Shown piece by piece: positions 40,156 through 50,991 of a stretch of DNA of 64,000 nucleotides. Under the pieces are notes generated by a model. That model was not told the DNA's origin. It ran no database searches and saw only the letters and a program-made list of their open reading frames with translations. Positions within the stretch are counted from its first letter, which is position 1. Each line of letters opens with the position of its first letter. Source of the DNA: an uncultured Pseudomonadales bacterium (GTDB taxonomy: Bacteria; Patescibacteriota; Microgenomatia; UBA1400; UBA1396); assembly GCA_964603945.1 (NCBI GenBank), contig CAZRWP010000005.1, forward strand, positions 432 through 64,431, in the 5' to 3' direction. Position numbers and translations under genes: made by a program.

Positions 40156-41465
40156 TGTCTAAAAACAATGTGGTCGCGGCGATCGATATTGGAACCGCCA
40201 AAATATGTACTTTAATTGCTGTCGTGGAAGAGGGCGGGGAACTGCGTATTGTTGGTGCCTCTTCCGTTCATAGTCAGGGAATTCGTAAAAGCCAAATTGT
40301 AAATCTCGAAGAAGCTACTTTAGCCATTACTGAAAGCGTTGACGCCGCCGAACGGATGGCCGGCTTTAATATTTCAGAAGCCTACGTGTCGGTTAGTGGG
40401 CGCCATATTCAATCGCAAAATTCTAAAGGGGTCGTGGCCGTGGCTGATCCTCAGGGAGATATTATTCAAGAAGACATTGACCGGGTGATTGAAGCCGCCA
40501 GAGCCGTATCATTGCCGTCTAATCGCGAAATATTGCATGTTATCCCTACCTCATACCAAGTTGACTCTCAGGATGGCATAAAGGACCCAATTGGCATGTC
40601 TGGCGTCCGCTTAGAAGCGCAAACCCATATCATCACCGGCTCAACAACCGTTTTGAAGAATATCCGCAAGTGCGTGGAGCAACTTGGAATTCAAGTGGGC
40701 GGCTTTGTGTTTAGCGGAGTCGCCGCCGCCGAAGCCGTTATTACTGATACCGAAAAGGAGTTAGGTGTAATTCTGTTGGACATTGGCGCTGGCTCAACCG
40801 CGCTCAGTGTTTATGTTGAAGGCTCCCTGATGTATTCTGGCGTAATTCCAGTTGGCGCTTTGCACGTGACTAAAGATATCGCGCTTGGCTCACGCATCAG
40901 TATTCCAGCGGCTGAAACTATCAAGCATAGTCTTTCAAATTTACCACCAGTCTCGCCAACCCGTCTGCCTAATGAGTCACGAGAAGAAGCTCGTGCCCGA
41001 CAAAAAAGGGAAGATACTATTGATTTAAATGAGTTAGGTTTGGAGGAAGAAGTTAAAACACTCTCTCGAAAAAACTTAGTCGATGGCATAATTGTGCCCC
41101 GCCTACGCGAAATTATGGAGCTGGCGCATGAAGAGCTCAAAAAGCAGGAAATATTGGACGAGGTTCCATCTGGCTTGGTTTTAACCGGCGGCGGCGCCGA
41201 AACCGTCGGTGTCGTTGAGACTGCTCGCCGGGTAATGAATTTACCTGCCAGAGTCGGTCGGCCAGTTGGCTTGCGCGGTTTAATTGATGAAATTGAAACA
41301 CCAATGTACAGCACAGTAACTGGACTACTGACTTATGGCAAGAAACAAGGCATTAGCCAGGTCAGCAGTCATGGCGGCTTTTCTTTGGGCGGCCTACCTA
41401 AAGGAATCAAGCCGAACTCGATCTTTAGTGGTATAAAAAAACTTATTCAATCGATCTGGCCTTAG
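40152..41465 (+). CDS. ftsA: Cell division protein FtsA
   Basis: Actin-like ATPase motifs (VAAIDIGTAKI, LDIGAGSTALSV). Start overlaps the ftsQ stop as ATGA. Confidence 0.85.
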   Translation: MMSKNNVVAAIDIGTAKICTLIAVVEEGGELRIVGASSVHSQGIRKSQIVNLEEATLAITESVDAAERMAGFNISEAYVSVSGRHIQSQNSKGVVAVADPQGDIIQEDIDRVIEAARAVSLPSNREILHVIPTSYQVDSQDGIKDPIGMSGVRLEAQTHIITGSTTVLKNIRKCVEQLGIQVGGFVFSGVAAAEAVITDTEKELGVILLDIGAGSTALSVYVEGSLMYSGVIPVGALHVTKDIALGSRISIPAAETIKHSLSNLPPVSPTRLPNESREEARARQKREDTIDLNELGLEEEVKTLSRKNLVDGIIVPRLREIMELAHEELKKQEILDEVPSGLVLTGGGAETVGVVETARRVMNLPARVGRPVGLRGLIDEIETPMYSTVTGLLTYGKKQGISQVSSHGGFSLGGLPKGIKPNSIFSGIKKLIQSIWP

Positions 41466-41549
41466 AATCGAGATTTATCTATCAACATTTTTGACAAATA
41501 CTAGTCTTGGCAAAGTATTGACCAGGCTGTAAGATAGCAATCACACGTT

Positions 41550-42938
41550 ATGGGTCTTGTTAAACCAAAGAATAATTCATTCGCCAAGATAAAAGTAATT
41601 GGAGTTGGTGGCGGCGGTGGCAATGCGGTCAGTTCAATGATTGAGTCAGGTACAATTGAAGGCGTCGAATTTGTTTCAATTAACACTGATGCACAAGCAC
41701 TTCTCAATAATAAAGCTGAAACAAAACTGCAAATTGGCTCTGGCTACACCAAGGGTTTAGGCTCAGGCGCTGACCCTGAGGTTGGCCATCAAGCCGCTGA
41801 AGAATCCCGCGAAAAAATCAAAGAGCTCATGTTCGATACCGACATGGTCTTTATAACGGCTGGCATGGGTGGCGGAACCGGAACTGGTGCTTCGCCAATT
41901 GTGGCCGAACTTGCTAAAGAATCCGGCGCACTTACCGTGGCCGTGGTAACAAAGCCATTTTTGTTTGAAGGCATGCGTCGCGGCACAGTTGCCGATGAAG
42001 GAATTGAACTTCTACGCGATCATGTCGACACTTTAATTGTCATCCCCAATCAACGACTTTTGGACGTGGTTGATCGCCAGATGACTTTAATTGAAGCTTT
42101 CCGAGTTGCTGACAGTGTTTTAGGTCAAGGCGTCCAAGGAATTTCTGATCTAATTACTAGACCAGGTTTGGTCAATGTTGACTTTGCAGATGTTAAAACT
42201 ATTATGTTGGATTCCGGCAATGCTCTGATGGGTATTGGTGAGGCGACCGGTGAAAATCGCGCCGTAACAGCCGCTAGAGCGGCCGTTGCTTCACCTCTTC
42301 TGGATGTCTCAATTAATGGCGCCAAGGGAATTTTATACAACATTACCGGAAGTGCAAACATGACTCTGCCAGAAATTTCGGAGGCATCCAATATTATTAA
42401 TCAAGCTACTGATCCTGATGCCAACATCATTTTTGGAGCTACCATTGATGACTCCATGGGTGACAAGATTAAGATCTCAGTAATTGCCACCGGTTTTGAA
42501 AACACCAGCATCGAAGCTTATCGCCGCCCAAGTTTTGGAGCCTATGATCATCCAAATGCTGGGGCACAGTCTGCTAATCGTTCAACAACCGCCTCGTCTA
42601 GAGCAAGCACAAGCCCTAATCAATCAGCCAATGCTTTCTCAAATTCCGCTTTACCTAAATTTCCAGGCTTTATCAGTAATGGACAGTCAACTAATCAGCC
42701 AGCCAAAATTGACGAGGATCAAGGTTCGCTTCAACACAACACACTTAAGTTTCGCAAGCCCGCTTCGGAAAATGACGGATTAATTAATGCTTATCGCCCA
42801 GTTCAAACTGCGCCTCAGCCAACCGCTCAGATCCTGACGAATGAACCAGCACCACCTTCAACGGCCGCCGCGGCTACCGATGACACCGGCTCCGACGATG
42901 ATGAGTTTGATATTCCAGCTTTTCTCCGGAAAAAGTAA
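41550..42938 (+). CDS. ftsZ: Cell division protein FtsZ
   Basis: GGGTGTG tubulin signature, T7 loop NVDFADV. C-terminal tail ends DIPAFLRKK. Confidence 0.95.
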   Translation: MGLVKPKNNSFAKIKVIGVGGGGGNAVSSMIESGTIEGVEFVSINTDAQALLNNKAETKLQIGSGYTKGLGSGADPEVGHQAAEESREKIKELMFDTDMVFITAGMGGGTGTGASPIVAELAKESGALTVAVVTKPFLFEGMRRGTVADEGIELLRDHVDTLIVIPNQRLLDVVDRQMTLIEAFRVADSVLGQGVQGISDLITRPGLVNVDFADVKTIMLDSGNALMGIGEATGENRAVTAARAAVASPLLDVSINGAKGILYNITGSANMTLPEISEASNIINQATDPDANIIFGATIDDSMGDKIKISVIATGFENTSIEAYRRPSFGAYDHPNAGAQSANRSTTASSRASTSPNQSANAFSNSALPKFPGFISNGQSTNQPAKIDEDQGSLQHNTLKFRKPASENDGLINAYRPVQTAPQPTAQILTNEPAPPSTAAAATDDTGSDDDEFDIPAFLRKK

Positions 42939-42988
42939 ACCAGATCCCAAAACAAGAAATCATCTGGTCAATGTAGTACAATTTCCCC

Positions 42989-45829
42989 ATGTCTAAATCG
43001 CCCCTAAATCTTTCTGATAGACCATCTTTACCTCAGATAGAGGAATCTATTTTGGATTATTGGGATAAGATTAAGGCTTTTGAGCGCTCAGTGGAAGAAC
43101 GGCCAACCGAAAAACCTTATCATTTTTACGATGGCCCGCCATTTGTCACCGGCTCGCCTCACTACGGCAGTATTTTAGGCTCAATTGCTAAGGATGTTGT
43201 ACCGCGTTACTGGACCATGAAAGGTTACCGTGTGGAGCGCCAGTGGGGTTGGGACTGCCACGGCTTGCCGATGGAGCACATGATTGAAAAGGAATTGGGT
43301 CTAAAGGGTGGCCGCAAAGGAATTGAAGAATTTGGTATCGCTAACTTTAATAATGCTTGCCGACAAGCTATCCAAACTTATGATGCTACCTGGGACCGCA
43401 TAATTCGTCGCATTGGCCGTTGGGTCGATTTCAAAAACAGCTACAAAACAATGGACACCGATTACATGGAGTCTGTTTGGTGGGCCTTTAAGGACATGTG
43501 GGAAAAAGACCTAGTTTATGAAGGTCGTAAAGTAATTTTGTATTGTCCCCGTTGTGGCACACCGCTTTCCAACTTCGAAATCGCCATGGATAACAGTTAT
43601 AAAGAAGTAACTGAGCCTGCCAATACTTATAAATATGAAGTTTTACCCGCCACCACCGCCAACGAGGAGGCCATGGCCGGCAAGACCTATTTGCTTGCCT
43701 GGTCAACCACGCCATGGAATAAATTAGCCACGCCGGCCTTAGCCGTTAACCCTGATTTGACCTACGTTAAAGTCAAACAGGGAAGTGAGTTCCTTATTTT
43801 AGCTGAGACACGCCTGGAAATGCTAACAGATGAACCTTATGAGATTGTCGACCGTTTTCCCGGCAGTCAGCTAGTCGGTACTAATTTTGTCGGTCATTAT
43901 GATTTCTATCCAGACTTGCCCGGAAAAAAGTTCGTGGTTATACCTGGTGACTTTGTCACTGCTGAAGGCGGAACGGGAATCGTCACCTTGGCGGTTTATG
44001 GCGAGGACGACTACCAAGTAATGCGCGAACACGGCATTCAGCTGGTGGAGCACGTTGATGAAACCGGCCGACTTAAGCCAGAAGTCACCCCCTGGGCTGG
44101 CCTGGATATTCTTAAAGTTAATCCTTTGGTTAATGAAGATTTGCAAGCGCGCGGCCTAATGTACAGCGAAGAAACTCATACGCACAGCGTGGCCACCTGC
44201 TACCGCTGTGGCACTCGTTTGTTTTACGCCCCAATTCCTGCCTGGTTTATCAATGTCCAAAAACTCAAACCAGACCTCCTTGCTAAAAATGAAGAAATCA
44301 ATTGGTATCCCGACCACTTAAAACATGGCCGCTTTGGCAAGGGTCTGGAAGCCGCGCCAGACTGGAATATTTCCCGCACCCGTTACTGGGCCACACCCAT
44401 GCCGATTTGGCAGGATGAAAGTGGTGAGCACCGCCGGATTGTCGGCTCAATTGAAGAACTTCAAGCTTGGGCAGTTAATCCCGATCAGGTAAAAGATCTC
44501 AATGATATTCATCGCGAATTTATTGATGATATTGAACTCTGGGTTGACGACGCTAAGACGATTAAAGGCAAACGAATCGAAGAAGTATTTGATGTCTGGC
44601 TGGACAGCGGCAGTATGCCTTATGCCAGTCGGCATTATCCATTTGAAAACGTGGCCAAGTTTGAGAACTCGTATCCGGCTCAATTTATTTCTGAATATAT
44701 CGCTCAGACACGTGCCTGGTTCTACTGCATGCACGTACTTTCAGTGGCTTTGTTTAACCAACCTGCTTTCTTGAATGCTCACACAACCGGCGTCGTTTTA
44801 GCCAAGGACGGAACCAAGATGAGTAAGTCCAAGAATAACTTTCCTGATCCGACTGAGTTACTTAACCAAGATGGCGCTGATGCACTCCGCTTATACCTAA
44901 TGGCCAGTCCGGTCACTAAGGCGGAGAATTTAGCCTTCAACTCGGCTGATGTTAGCACTATACGTAAGAGAGTGCTAAACATTTGGTGGAACGTATTTAT
45001 GTTCTTGTATACGTATAAATCAGATGAATATACCCCAAGTATACCCAAAGGTGAACATGTCATGGACGCCTGGATCTTGTCACTAAACGAGCAAACTAAA
45101 ACTGAGCTGACCTCAGCCATGGACAACTATGACCTTACTACCGCTGGCCGTTTGATAATTGAGTTCATCGACCAGCTATCTACCTGGTATCTGCGCCAGT
45201 CTCGCGACCGCCTGCGCCAAGGTGACCAATCGGCCTGGGACACCTTCCACCATGTTCTAAGAGAGTTTGCCCTAATCTCAGCTCCAATCGTGCCTTTTAT
45301 CACTGAAGCCATGTATCTGCATCTGAATCCTCAAGCTGATTCCGTGCATTTAGAGACCTGGCCGGAACCTCTACCGCAATTTGCCGATCCAGATTTACTT
45401 ACTGAGATGGCCAATATCCGACCAGTTGTTGAAGCTGGACACGCCCTACGCAAAGATCAGGGTTTAAAGTTGAGACAGCCTTTAGCCAAACTAGTCGTTA
45501 CCACTCAGCAAGCTAAACCTCGTGAAGATGTATTGTCTGTTTTAGCCCAAGAACTTAACGTTAAACAAGTTGAGTGGCAAGTCGTTGAGGGCGCCGATCT
45601 AAGCGCTGAACTAGACACCGAACTCACCCCTGCCTTAATCGCTGAAGGTCAGGCGCGTGAGATTATTCGCTCAGTTCAACAAGCCCGCAAAGAGGCAGGT
45701 ATAGGCGTGGATGGTTCAATCAACCTTACTTTGCCGGAATGGCCGGCCGAGTTTGAAGACGAGATTCGCGATAAGACCAAGGCGGTCAGCCTTCAAGCCG
45801 GTGAAAGTTTGCAGGTCACCTCAGCCTAA
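42989..45829 (+). CDS. ileS: Isoleucine--tRNA ligase
   Basis: 946 aa. HIGH-region PPFVTGSPHYGS, editing CP1 domain, KMSKS (TKMSKSKNN). Confidence 0.9.
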   Translation: MSKSPLNLSDRPSLPQIEESILDYWDKIKAFERSVEERPTEKPYHFYDGPPFVTGSPHYGSILGSIAKDVVPRYWTMKGYRVERQWGWDCHGLPMEHMIEKELGLKGGRKGIEEFGIANFNNACRQAIQTYDATWDRIIRRIGRWVDFKNSYKTMDTDYMESVWWAFKDMWEKDLVYEGRKVILYCPRCGTPLSNFEIAMDNSYKEVTEPANTYKYEVLPATTANEEAMAGKTYLLAWSTTPWNKLATPALAVNPDLTYVKVKQGSEFLILAETRLEMLTDEPYEIVDRFPGSQLVGTNFVGHYDFYPDLPGKKFVVIPGDFVTAEGGTGIVTLAVYGEDDYQVMREHGIQLVEHVDETGRLKPEVTPWAGLDILKVNPLVNEDLQARGLMYSEETHTHSVATCYRCGTRLFYAPIPAWFINVQKLKPDLLAKNEEINWYPDHLKHGRFGKGLEAAPDWNISRTRYWATPMPIWQDESGEHRRIVGSIEELQAWAVNPDQVKDLNDIHREFIDDIELWVDDAKTIKGKRIEEVFDVWLDSGSMPYASRHYPFENVAKFENSYPAQFISEYIAQTRAWFYCMHVLSVALFNQPAFLNAHTTGVVLAKDGTKMSKSKNNFPDPTELLNQDGADALRLYLMASPVTKAENLAFNSADVSTIRKRVLNIWWNVFMFLYTYKSDEYTPSIPKGEHVMDAWILSLNEQTKTELTSAMDNYDLTTAGRLIIEFIDQLSTWYLRQSRDRLRQGDQSAWDTFHHVLREFALISAPIVPFITEAMYLHLNPQADSVHLETWPEPLPQFADPDLLTEMANIRPVVEAGHALRKDQGLKLRQPLAKLVVTTQQAKPREDVLSVLAQELNVKQVEWQVVEGADLSAELDTELTPALIAEGQAREIIRSVQQARKEAGIGVDGSINLTLPEWPAEFEDEIRDKTKAVSLQAGESLQVTSA

Positions 45830-45908
45830 AAGCTCCAAGATACGAACGAAGGTGTGATCGCGAAGTAATTTTTGTACAATCGCTAGCTATCACTGTTAAA
45901 CTAGAACT

Positions 45909-46976
45909 ATGCGTCCCCGCAGTTATGTTTTAGTTGTGTTGATTGTCCTGCTTGCCGTGCTGTCGGTCATATCTCTGCGGGGGATTTCTACTAATCTTGC
46001 CTTAAACCAACTGTTTTTCTTTACTTTTGGTCTAATAATATTTTTTGTTACTAGCGCTATTCACTTTAGTAATTGGCTCAATGGTCGCTGGCTCTGGTAC
46101 TTTGGAATTATTGCCCTGCTGATGGTAACTTTGATTTTAGGCCAAGCCACTAAAGGTGCTGTTAGCTGGTTGGAGTTTGGCTCATATCGGCTTCAGCCGT
46201 CTGAATTGCTAAAACCTGTTTTGCTCTTGCTCCTGGCTGGTGAATTTGCCATCGGAAGTCTAAAAAATACTAAAGGAATCTTCCGCTTTGCCTTGTTGGG
46301 CGGCTTACCCCTAATTTTGGTTCTGCTACAACCAGATTTTGGTACTGCTTCAACCTTAATTGTTGGTGTAGTTACCCTATTTATGTTGACCGAACCACCC
46401 AGGCGCCTGATATTTGGATCGGCTTTACTTGGCTGTATTATCGCTGTAATCACCTGGGCCTGGTTGCTTCAGCCATACCAAAAAGACCGCTTGCTTACGT
46501 TTGTTAAGCCTCAGCAAGATACTCAAGGTCGCGGTTATAACGCTCAGCAGGCAATGATTGCGGTAGGTTCTGGCGGACTGACGGGGCAGGGTTGGGGCCA
46601 GGGCAAGCAATCACATTTGAGGTTTTTGCCGGAACGCCAAACTGACTTTTTGTACGCTACCTATGCCGAAGAGCGAGGTTTTATGGGTTCAGCCTGGCTG
46701 GTCCTGCTTTATGCCGGCTTGTTTATTTCTCTCGGCTTAATTGCTAAGGAAATTAACAACAACCAGCAGCGAATTTTTATAATTAGCTCCGCTTCTTTGC
46801 TTTTGGTACAGACTTTTATCAATATCGGCATGAATATCGGCTTAACTCCGGTTACCGGAATTCCATTGCCTTTATTTTCTCTGGGAGGGAGTTCAATTCT
46901 CGCGACCTGTCTAACCTTAGGCTTAATTGAGTCAATCCGCCGGAGTCAATTGCCAGCTAATAATAGCTTTACTTGA
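45909..46976 (+). CDS. ftsW: SEDS family cell-cycle protein (FtsW/RodA)
   Basis: 10-TM SEDS architecture with conserved blocks (QPDFGTA, TDFLYATYAEERGF, GLTPVTGIPLPLFSLGGSS). Confidence 0.8.
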   Translation: MRPRSYVLVVLIVLLAVLSVISLRGISTNLALNQLFFFTFGLIIFFVTSAIHFSNWLNGRWLWYFGIIALLMVTLILGQATKGAVSWLEFGSYRLQPSELLKPVLLLLLAGEFAIGSLKNTKGIFRFALLGGLPLILVLLQPDFGTASTLIVGVVTLFMLTEPPRRLIFGSALLGCIIAVITWAWLLQPYQKDRLLTFVKPQQDTQGRGYNAQQAMIAVGSGGLTGQGWGQGKQSHLRFLPERQTDFLYATYAEERGFMGSAWLVLLYAGLFISLGLIAKEINNNQQRIFIISSASLLLVQTFINIGMNIGLTPVTGIPLPLFSLGGSSILATCLTLGLIESIRRSQLPANNSFT

Positions 46977-47003
46977 GAGAACTTGTGTTACAATACATGT
47001 CTC

Positions 47004-47324
47004 ATGAAATACGCAATTATTAACGTACTTGGCAAACAGCAGAGGGTTCAGGAAGGCGATCAGCTTGTGGTTGATCGAATTGCTGAAGCCGACTTTTCTA
47101 AGGACAAATTGGTGATTGATAAAGTTCTACTGCTCAGAACTGACAGTGAGGTTAAAATTGGCACACCTTACGTGGCTGGAGCGACCGTCACTCTTAAGCA
47201 CCTTAACGACCAGCGTGGAGAAAAGATTGAAGTTCGTCAATTTCGAGCTAAATCACGCTATCGCCGCCACCTTGGTCACCGTCAAGAACAAACTGTCCTT
47301 GAGGTTGCCGAAATTTCAGCTTAA
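47004..47324 (+). CDS. rplU: 50S ribosomal protein L21
   Basis: MKYAIINVLGKQQRVQEGDQL... matches the L21 N-terminus. About 106 aa. Confidence 0.85.
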   Translation: MKYAIINVLGKQQRVQEGDQLVVDRIAEADFSKDKLVIDKVLLLRTDSEVKIGTPYVAGATVTLKHLNDQRGEKIEVRQFRAKSRYRRHLGHRQEQTVLEVAEISA

Positions 47325-47341
47325 ACTAAGACACAACTCAC

Positions 47342-48505
47342 ATGCACACCTACCTCTTTCTCTTAGGCTCCACCGCAGATTTATGCTGGGCCGAACTTGA
47401 AACCGTCCTCCATCGTTTTAAATTTCCCGCGCCAGAGCTAGTTACGACTGACTTGGCTAAATTAACTACCTCAGAATCATTATCTAATGAACAATTGGTT
47501 GATCTGCAGACCACCCTGGGTGGCACCATAAAAATCATCAGAATTCTTGAGGAAACAAATCACACTGATCTGTCAGAAGTGAGCGAAATAGTTTTGAAAT
47601 TATTAGCTGACGACAAGCCAAAACGATTTGTGGTCTCCGAATATGGCCGCGACCACCTACCCATGCTTGACGCGATTGAATTTAAGGAGGCTCTACGTTC
47701 CCGCGGAATAAAAAGTAGCTATGTGGAAGCCTCACGTCATGGAGCCAACGCGGCCCAGCTTAAGCGAGGCGCCGAGGAAGTCTATGTTATTCAGTTATCG
47801 GACTCTATTCTTTATGGATGGACTGAAACTGTCCAAGATGTTGATGCCTGGGCCAAACGCGATGTAAAAAAACCAGTTCGCGATCGTGAACGCGGTATGC
47901 TTCAACCTAAAGTGGCTCGCATGATGGTTAATTTAGCTCTTGGTGACGGCAATCCAGCCGACAGCGTAGTTCTGGATCCCTTCTGTGGAACCGGAACCAT
48001 ATTGCTAGAAGCCGCCGAGCTTGGTTCTCTCAATGTATATGGCTCAGATTTCTCAGAAGAACAGATTATTGCTTCAAATAAAAACTTAACTTGGTGGCAG
48101 GATCAATCAAAACATGATTTTGCCTTTGAGTTAGTGCGCCGAGAGGTATCTCACCTGACTCCACGCGATTTTCCCTTGCCTGTAACCCATATCGTCACCG
48201 AGCCATTTTTAGGTCGATTACGACCAGCCCCAGAACAATTACCTAATATTATGCGTGGCCTGGAGAAATTGTATCGAGGCATGATTAAAAGTTTTACTAC
48301 TTTGCTCAAGCCAGGCTCTAGAATTGCTATTATTTTGCCATCCTGGGAAATTAAAAGTCGCAATTATCAATTGGAACAAACATTTGCTGATTTAGAAAAA
48401 GCCGGCTTCAAAATTATGCACGAACCTCTGCGGGCAGGCCGGGTAGGAGCTATTACCCAACGGTTTGTGTATGTGTTAGAATACAACCCTTATGTCGAAA
48501 GTTAA
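47342..48505 (+). CDS. Putative THUMP-like class I SAM-dependent RNA methyltransferase (RlmL/Trm11/TrmN-like)
   Basis: Motif [20 protein letters not shown] and a motif IV-like [10 protein letters not shown]. Inserted between rplU and rpmA. Confidence 0.5.
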   Translation: MHTYLFLLGSTADLCWAELETVLHRFKFPAPELVTTDLAKLTTSESLSNEQLVDLQTTLGGTIKIIRILEETNHTDLSEVSEIVLKLLADDKPKRFVVSEYGRDHLPMLDAIEFKEALRSRGIKSSYVEASRHGANAAQLKRGAEEVYVIQLSDSILYGWTETVQDVDAWAKRDVKKPVRDRERGMLQPKVARMMVNLALGDGNPADSVVLDPFCGTGTILLEAAELGSLNVYGSDFSEEQIIASNKNLTWWQDQSKHDFAFELVRREVSHLTPRDFPLPVTHIVTEPFLGRLRPAPEQLPNIMRGLEKLYRGMIKSFTTLLKPGSRIAIILPSWEIKSRNYQLEQTFADLEKAGFKIMHEPLRAGRVGAITQRFVYVLEYNPYVES

Positions 48506-48737
48506 GGCCGGAGGATCAGCCAGACAACACTCTCAGCGCTCAGGCAAACGCCTAGGAGTTAAGTTATTTGGTGGTCAGGCTATTAAAACAGGTCAGATTA
48601 TTGTTCGCCAGAGGGGCACCAAATTTCGCCCTGGCAAAAATGTCGGTTTAGGCCGAGACTTTACGATTTTTTCTCTTAAAGATGGCTTGGTTAAATTTAG
48701 CCGTCGCTTTGGTCGAACAGTCGTAAACGTTGACTAA
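48492..48737 (+). CDS. rpmA: 50S ribosomal protein L27
   Basis: KAGGSARQ...[12 protein letters not shown]...[25 protein letters not shown] matches L27. No N-terminal pro-peptide. Confidence 0.9.
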   Translation: MSKVKAGGSARQHSQRSGKRLGVKLFGGQAIKTGQIIVRQRGTKFRPGKNVGLGRDFTIFSLKDGLVKFSRRFGRTVVNVD

Positions 48738-48850
48738 TTTTTAGTCTAACTTTTCAATAAATATTAGCTGTTTAGTTTGTTCTCTAGGACTTTTTAACTG
48801 ATTTTTTCAGAAGATAGTGCGTCAATATTTATTTGCAACTTGGCAAAATA

Positions 48851-49618
48851 TTACTTACTAGTCTCTAATCGCCATTGACCAGATGGCAAATTCCCCAACT
48901 CATATGGACCATGACTGAGACGTACCAGGCGCAATACTTCATGGTTTAATGCCTGCATCATCCGGCGAATCTGGTGGTGACGGCCTTCCTTAATGGTTAT
49001 CTCCAGAATCTGACCAGAATTTGTTTCATCTACTACAATTACGTCTGCGCCTTGTGTACGGCCATCTTTAAGCGGAATACCACTTTGCAGGCGTCTCAGC
49101 TCGGTTGAGGACAAACGACCAGTAATATTCACCTGATAGGTTCGTGGCGATTGATATTTGGGGTGACTAAGCTTGTAGGCCAAATCGCCATCATTAGTTA
49201 GCAATATTAATCCTTCGGACAACTCATCAAGGCGCCCAACTGGAAATAATCGCAAATCTTGATACTGAGGAGGAATATATTTCATCACCGTTGGCTTGCC
49301 ATCTGGATCATTAACTGTTGAGACCACACCTGGCGGTTTATTAATGGCTAGTATTACTTTTTCTTCTTGAATTGTGATTTGTTTGCCTTGATATTCAACC
49401 ACGTCTTGCCCAGGAATTACGCGTCGAGCTACATTATTTTCAACTTGACCATTCACTTTGACTTTTTTGTTGAGGATGAGTTCTTCGGCGCGGCGGCGCG
49501 AAGCGACGCCGCCATGGGCCAAAAAGGCAGCTAATTTTTGACTTTTAGCCTGACTTTTGTCATTGTTGCTTGTCTTAGTTGAATCAATTAATTCTTGATT
49601 GTCAGATTGATAAGTCAT
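48851..49618 (-). CDS. Pseudouridine synthase (RsuA/RluB family) with S4 domain
   Basis: S4 RNA-binding (LAAFLAHGGVASRRRAEELI) and catalytic VGRLDELSEGLILLTNDGDL. Confidence 0.8.
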   Translation of the reverse strand: MTYQSDNQELIDSTKTSNNDKSQAKSQKLAAFLAHGGVASRRRAEELILNKKVKVNGQVENNVARRVIPGQDVVEYQGKQITIQEEKVILAINKPPGVVSTVNDPDGKPTVMKYIPPQYQDLRLFPVGRLDELSEGLILLTNDGDLAYKLSHPKYQSPRTYQVNITGRLSSTELRRLQSGIPLKDGRTQGADVIVVDETNSGQILEITIKEGRHHQIRRMMQALNHEVLRLVRLSHGPYELGNLPSGQWRLETSK

Positions 49619-49760
49619 AGCGCTATTGTACTAGGTTTAACTTGATCTGATTTGTTATATTATTTCTTTTTGCCACCTGATAGCAGATTAATGTGTCACT
49701 AACTTTACTTCTTTTCGTGAAATGCTTGTGAAAAGTGTCTAAATTTGATAGGCTCAGCGC

Positions 49761-50588
49761 ATGGACGTCCAAGACCAAAAGGTTCAACAATTAGATGTTA
49801 ACCTGATTCAACCCAACCCTCATCAACCGCGCAAACATTTAGATCAAGAGGACTTAGATGAACTAATGGAATCCATTAATATTCATGGCGTTCTTGAACC
49901 AATTGTTTTAGCTCACACTCCAGCCGGTTACCAAATTATCGCCGGTGAGCGCCGCTGGCGCGCCGCCAAGGCCGCTGGCCTACCAACTGTTCCAGCCATA
50001 ATTAAAAAAACTTCCCCTCGTGGCATGCTAGAAATGTCGATCGTGGAAAACGTTCAGCGCTCAGATCTTAACTCTTTAGAGCGCGCTCATGCCCTAAACC
50101 GGCTGGTAACCGAGTTTCAATTAACCATCAGTCAGGTTTCCCGACAAATCGGGAAGTCTTCATCTTTTGTTTCTAATTCAATCAAACTACTGAGTTTGCC
50201 TGATGCTTTAAAAGACGGACTTTTATCTGGATTGATTACGGAAGGACACGCCCGTGCTTTACAAGCTATCACCAATCAAAAAAGCATGATTGAAGCCTAC
50301 AAAATAATTCTAAAAGAAAACGGCTCCGTGCGCCGGGCTGAAGAACTAGCCCGTAAATTCCGCGATGAAGATGGCGAGGAGCGGGTTCAGCACCGTCCCA
50401 AAATCTTGGTCAGCAAAGAGATTGAAAAGTGGGAATCCACCATGCAAAAAACACTGGGCGAATTGGCCAATGTCAAACTACGCCGCAGTTACCGTCAAAC
50501 CGAGGTTCGAATTAAGCTAAAAGGATCGCTTGAGCAGACTCAGGAAGCTTTAGATAAAATTTTGAGCCTGGCTCGGGACAATCAGTAA
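49761..50588 (+). CDS. parB: ParB/Spo0J family partitioning protein
   Basis: ParB box VLEPIVLAHTPAGYQIIAGERRWRAAKAAGL, HTH region and C-terminal dimerisation segment. Confidence 0.8.
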   Translation: MDVQDQKVQQLDVNLIQPNPHQPRKHLDQEDLDELMESINIHGVLEPIVLAHTPAGYQIIAGERRWRAAKAAGLPTVPAIIKKTSPRGMLEMSIVENVQRSDLNSLERAHALNRLVTEFQLTISQVSRQIGKSSSFVSNSIKLLSLPDALKDGLLSGLITEGHARALQAITNQKSMIEAYKIILKENGSVRRAEELARKFRDEDGEERVQHRPKILVSKEIEKWESTMQKTLGELANVKLRRSYRQTEVRIKLKGSLEQTQEALDKILSLARDNQ

Positions 50589-50703
50589 ACTTGTAAAACT
50601 TGTGGCAATATATGCCAAAACATTTGATTTAACTGCAGCTTAGATGGTCATTTCTATCTGGTGCCACGCCCTTATAACCACTAGATAGGGTATAATTAAA
50701 GAC

Positions 50704-50721
50704 TGTTCAATTAATTGAACA
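50704..50721. promoter_or_regulatory. Perfect 18-bp palindrome tgttcaattaattgaaca abutting the tRNA-His 5' end; TATAAT-like hexamer at 50691-50696
   Basis: Self-complementary 18-mer read directly from the sequence. It ends 1 nt before the tRNA-His G-1 (50723), and a -10-like hexamer lies 13 bp upstream. Confidence 0.35.
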
Positions 50722-50722
50722 T

Positions 50723-50797
50723 GGTGGTAGTAGCTCAGTTGGTTAGAGCGCCGCCCTGTGGAGGCGGAGGTCGCGGGTTCGAGTCCCGTTTACCACC
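50723..50797 (+). tRNA. tRNA-His (anticodon GUG) with encoded G-1
   Basis: G(-1)GUGGUAG-UA-GCUC-AGUUGGUUA-GAGC-G-CCGCC-CUGUGGA-GGCGG-AGGUC-GCGGG-UUCGAGU-CCCGU-UUACCAC-C. The extra 5' G pairing with C73 is the hallmark of tRNA-His. Confidence 0.8.
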
Positions 50798-50991
50798 CCC
50801 AATAACAAGAGTCTATTAGAACCTTTTTTTGGAATATAATTGTCAGGCTAAAAATTTCCCACGCCTAACGGCACCTAATGAAACTGGATCATACACTGAG
50901 AGCTTTATAACAAAGTTACAATGCCTGGTTGAGAAATACCTTGACTTACATGGAGTCTTGCGACCGCTACATTTGTAACTGGTGTCGTCTA

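Noticed and set aside
49620-49760. parS site (TGTTNCACGTGAAACA) upstream of parB
   Set aside because: Only weak partial matches such as ttcgtgaaa were found. No 16-bp palindrome is present, and a parS site may lie elsewhere.
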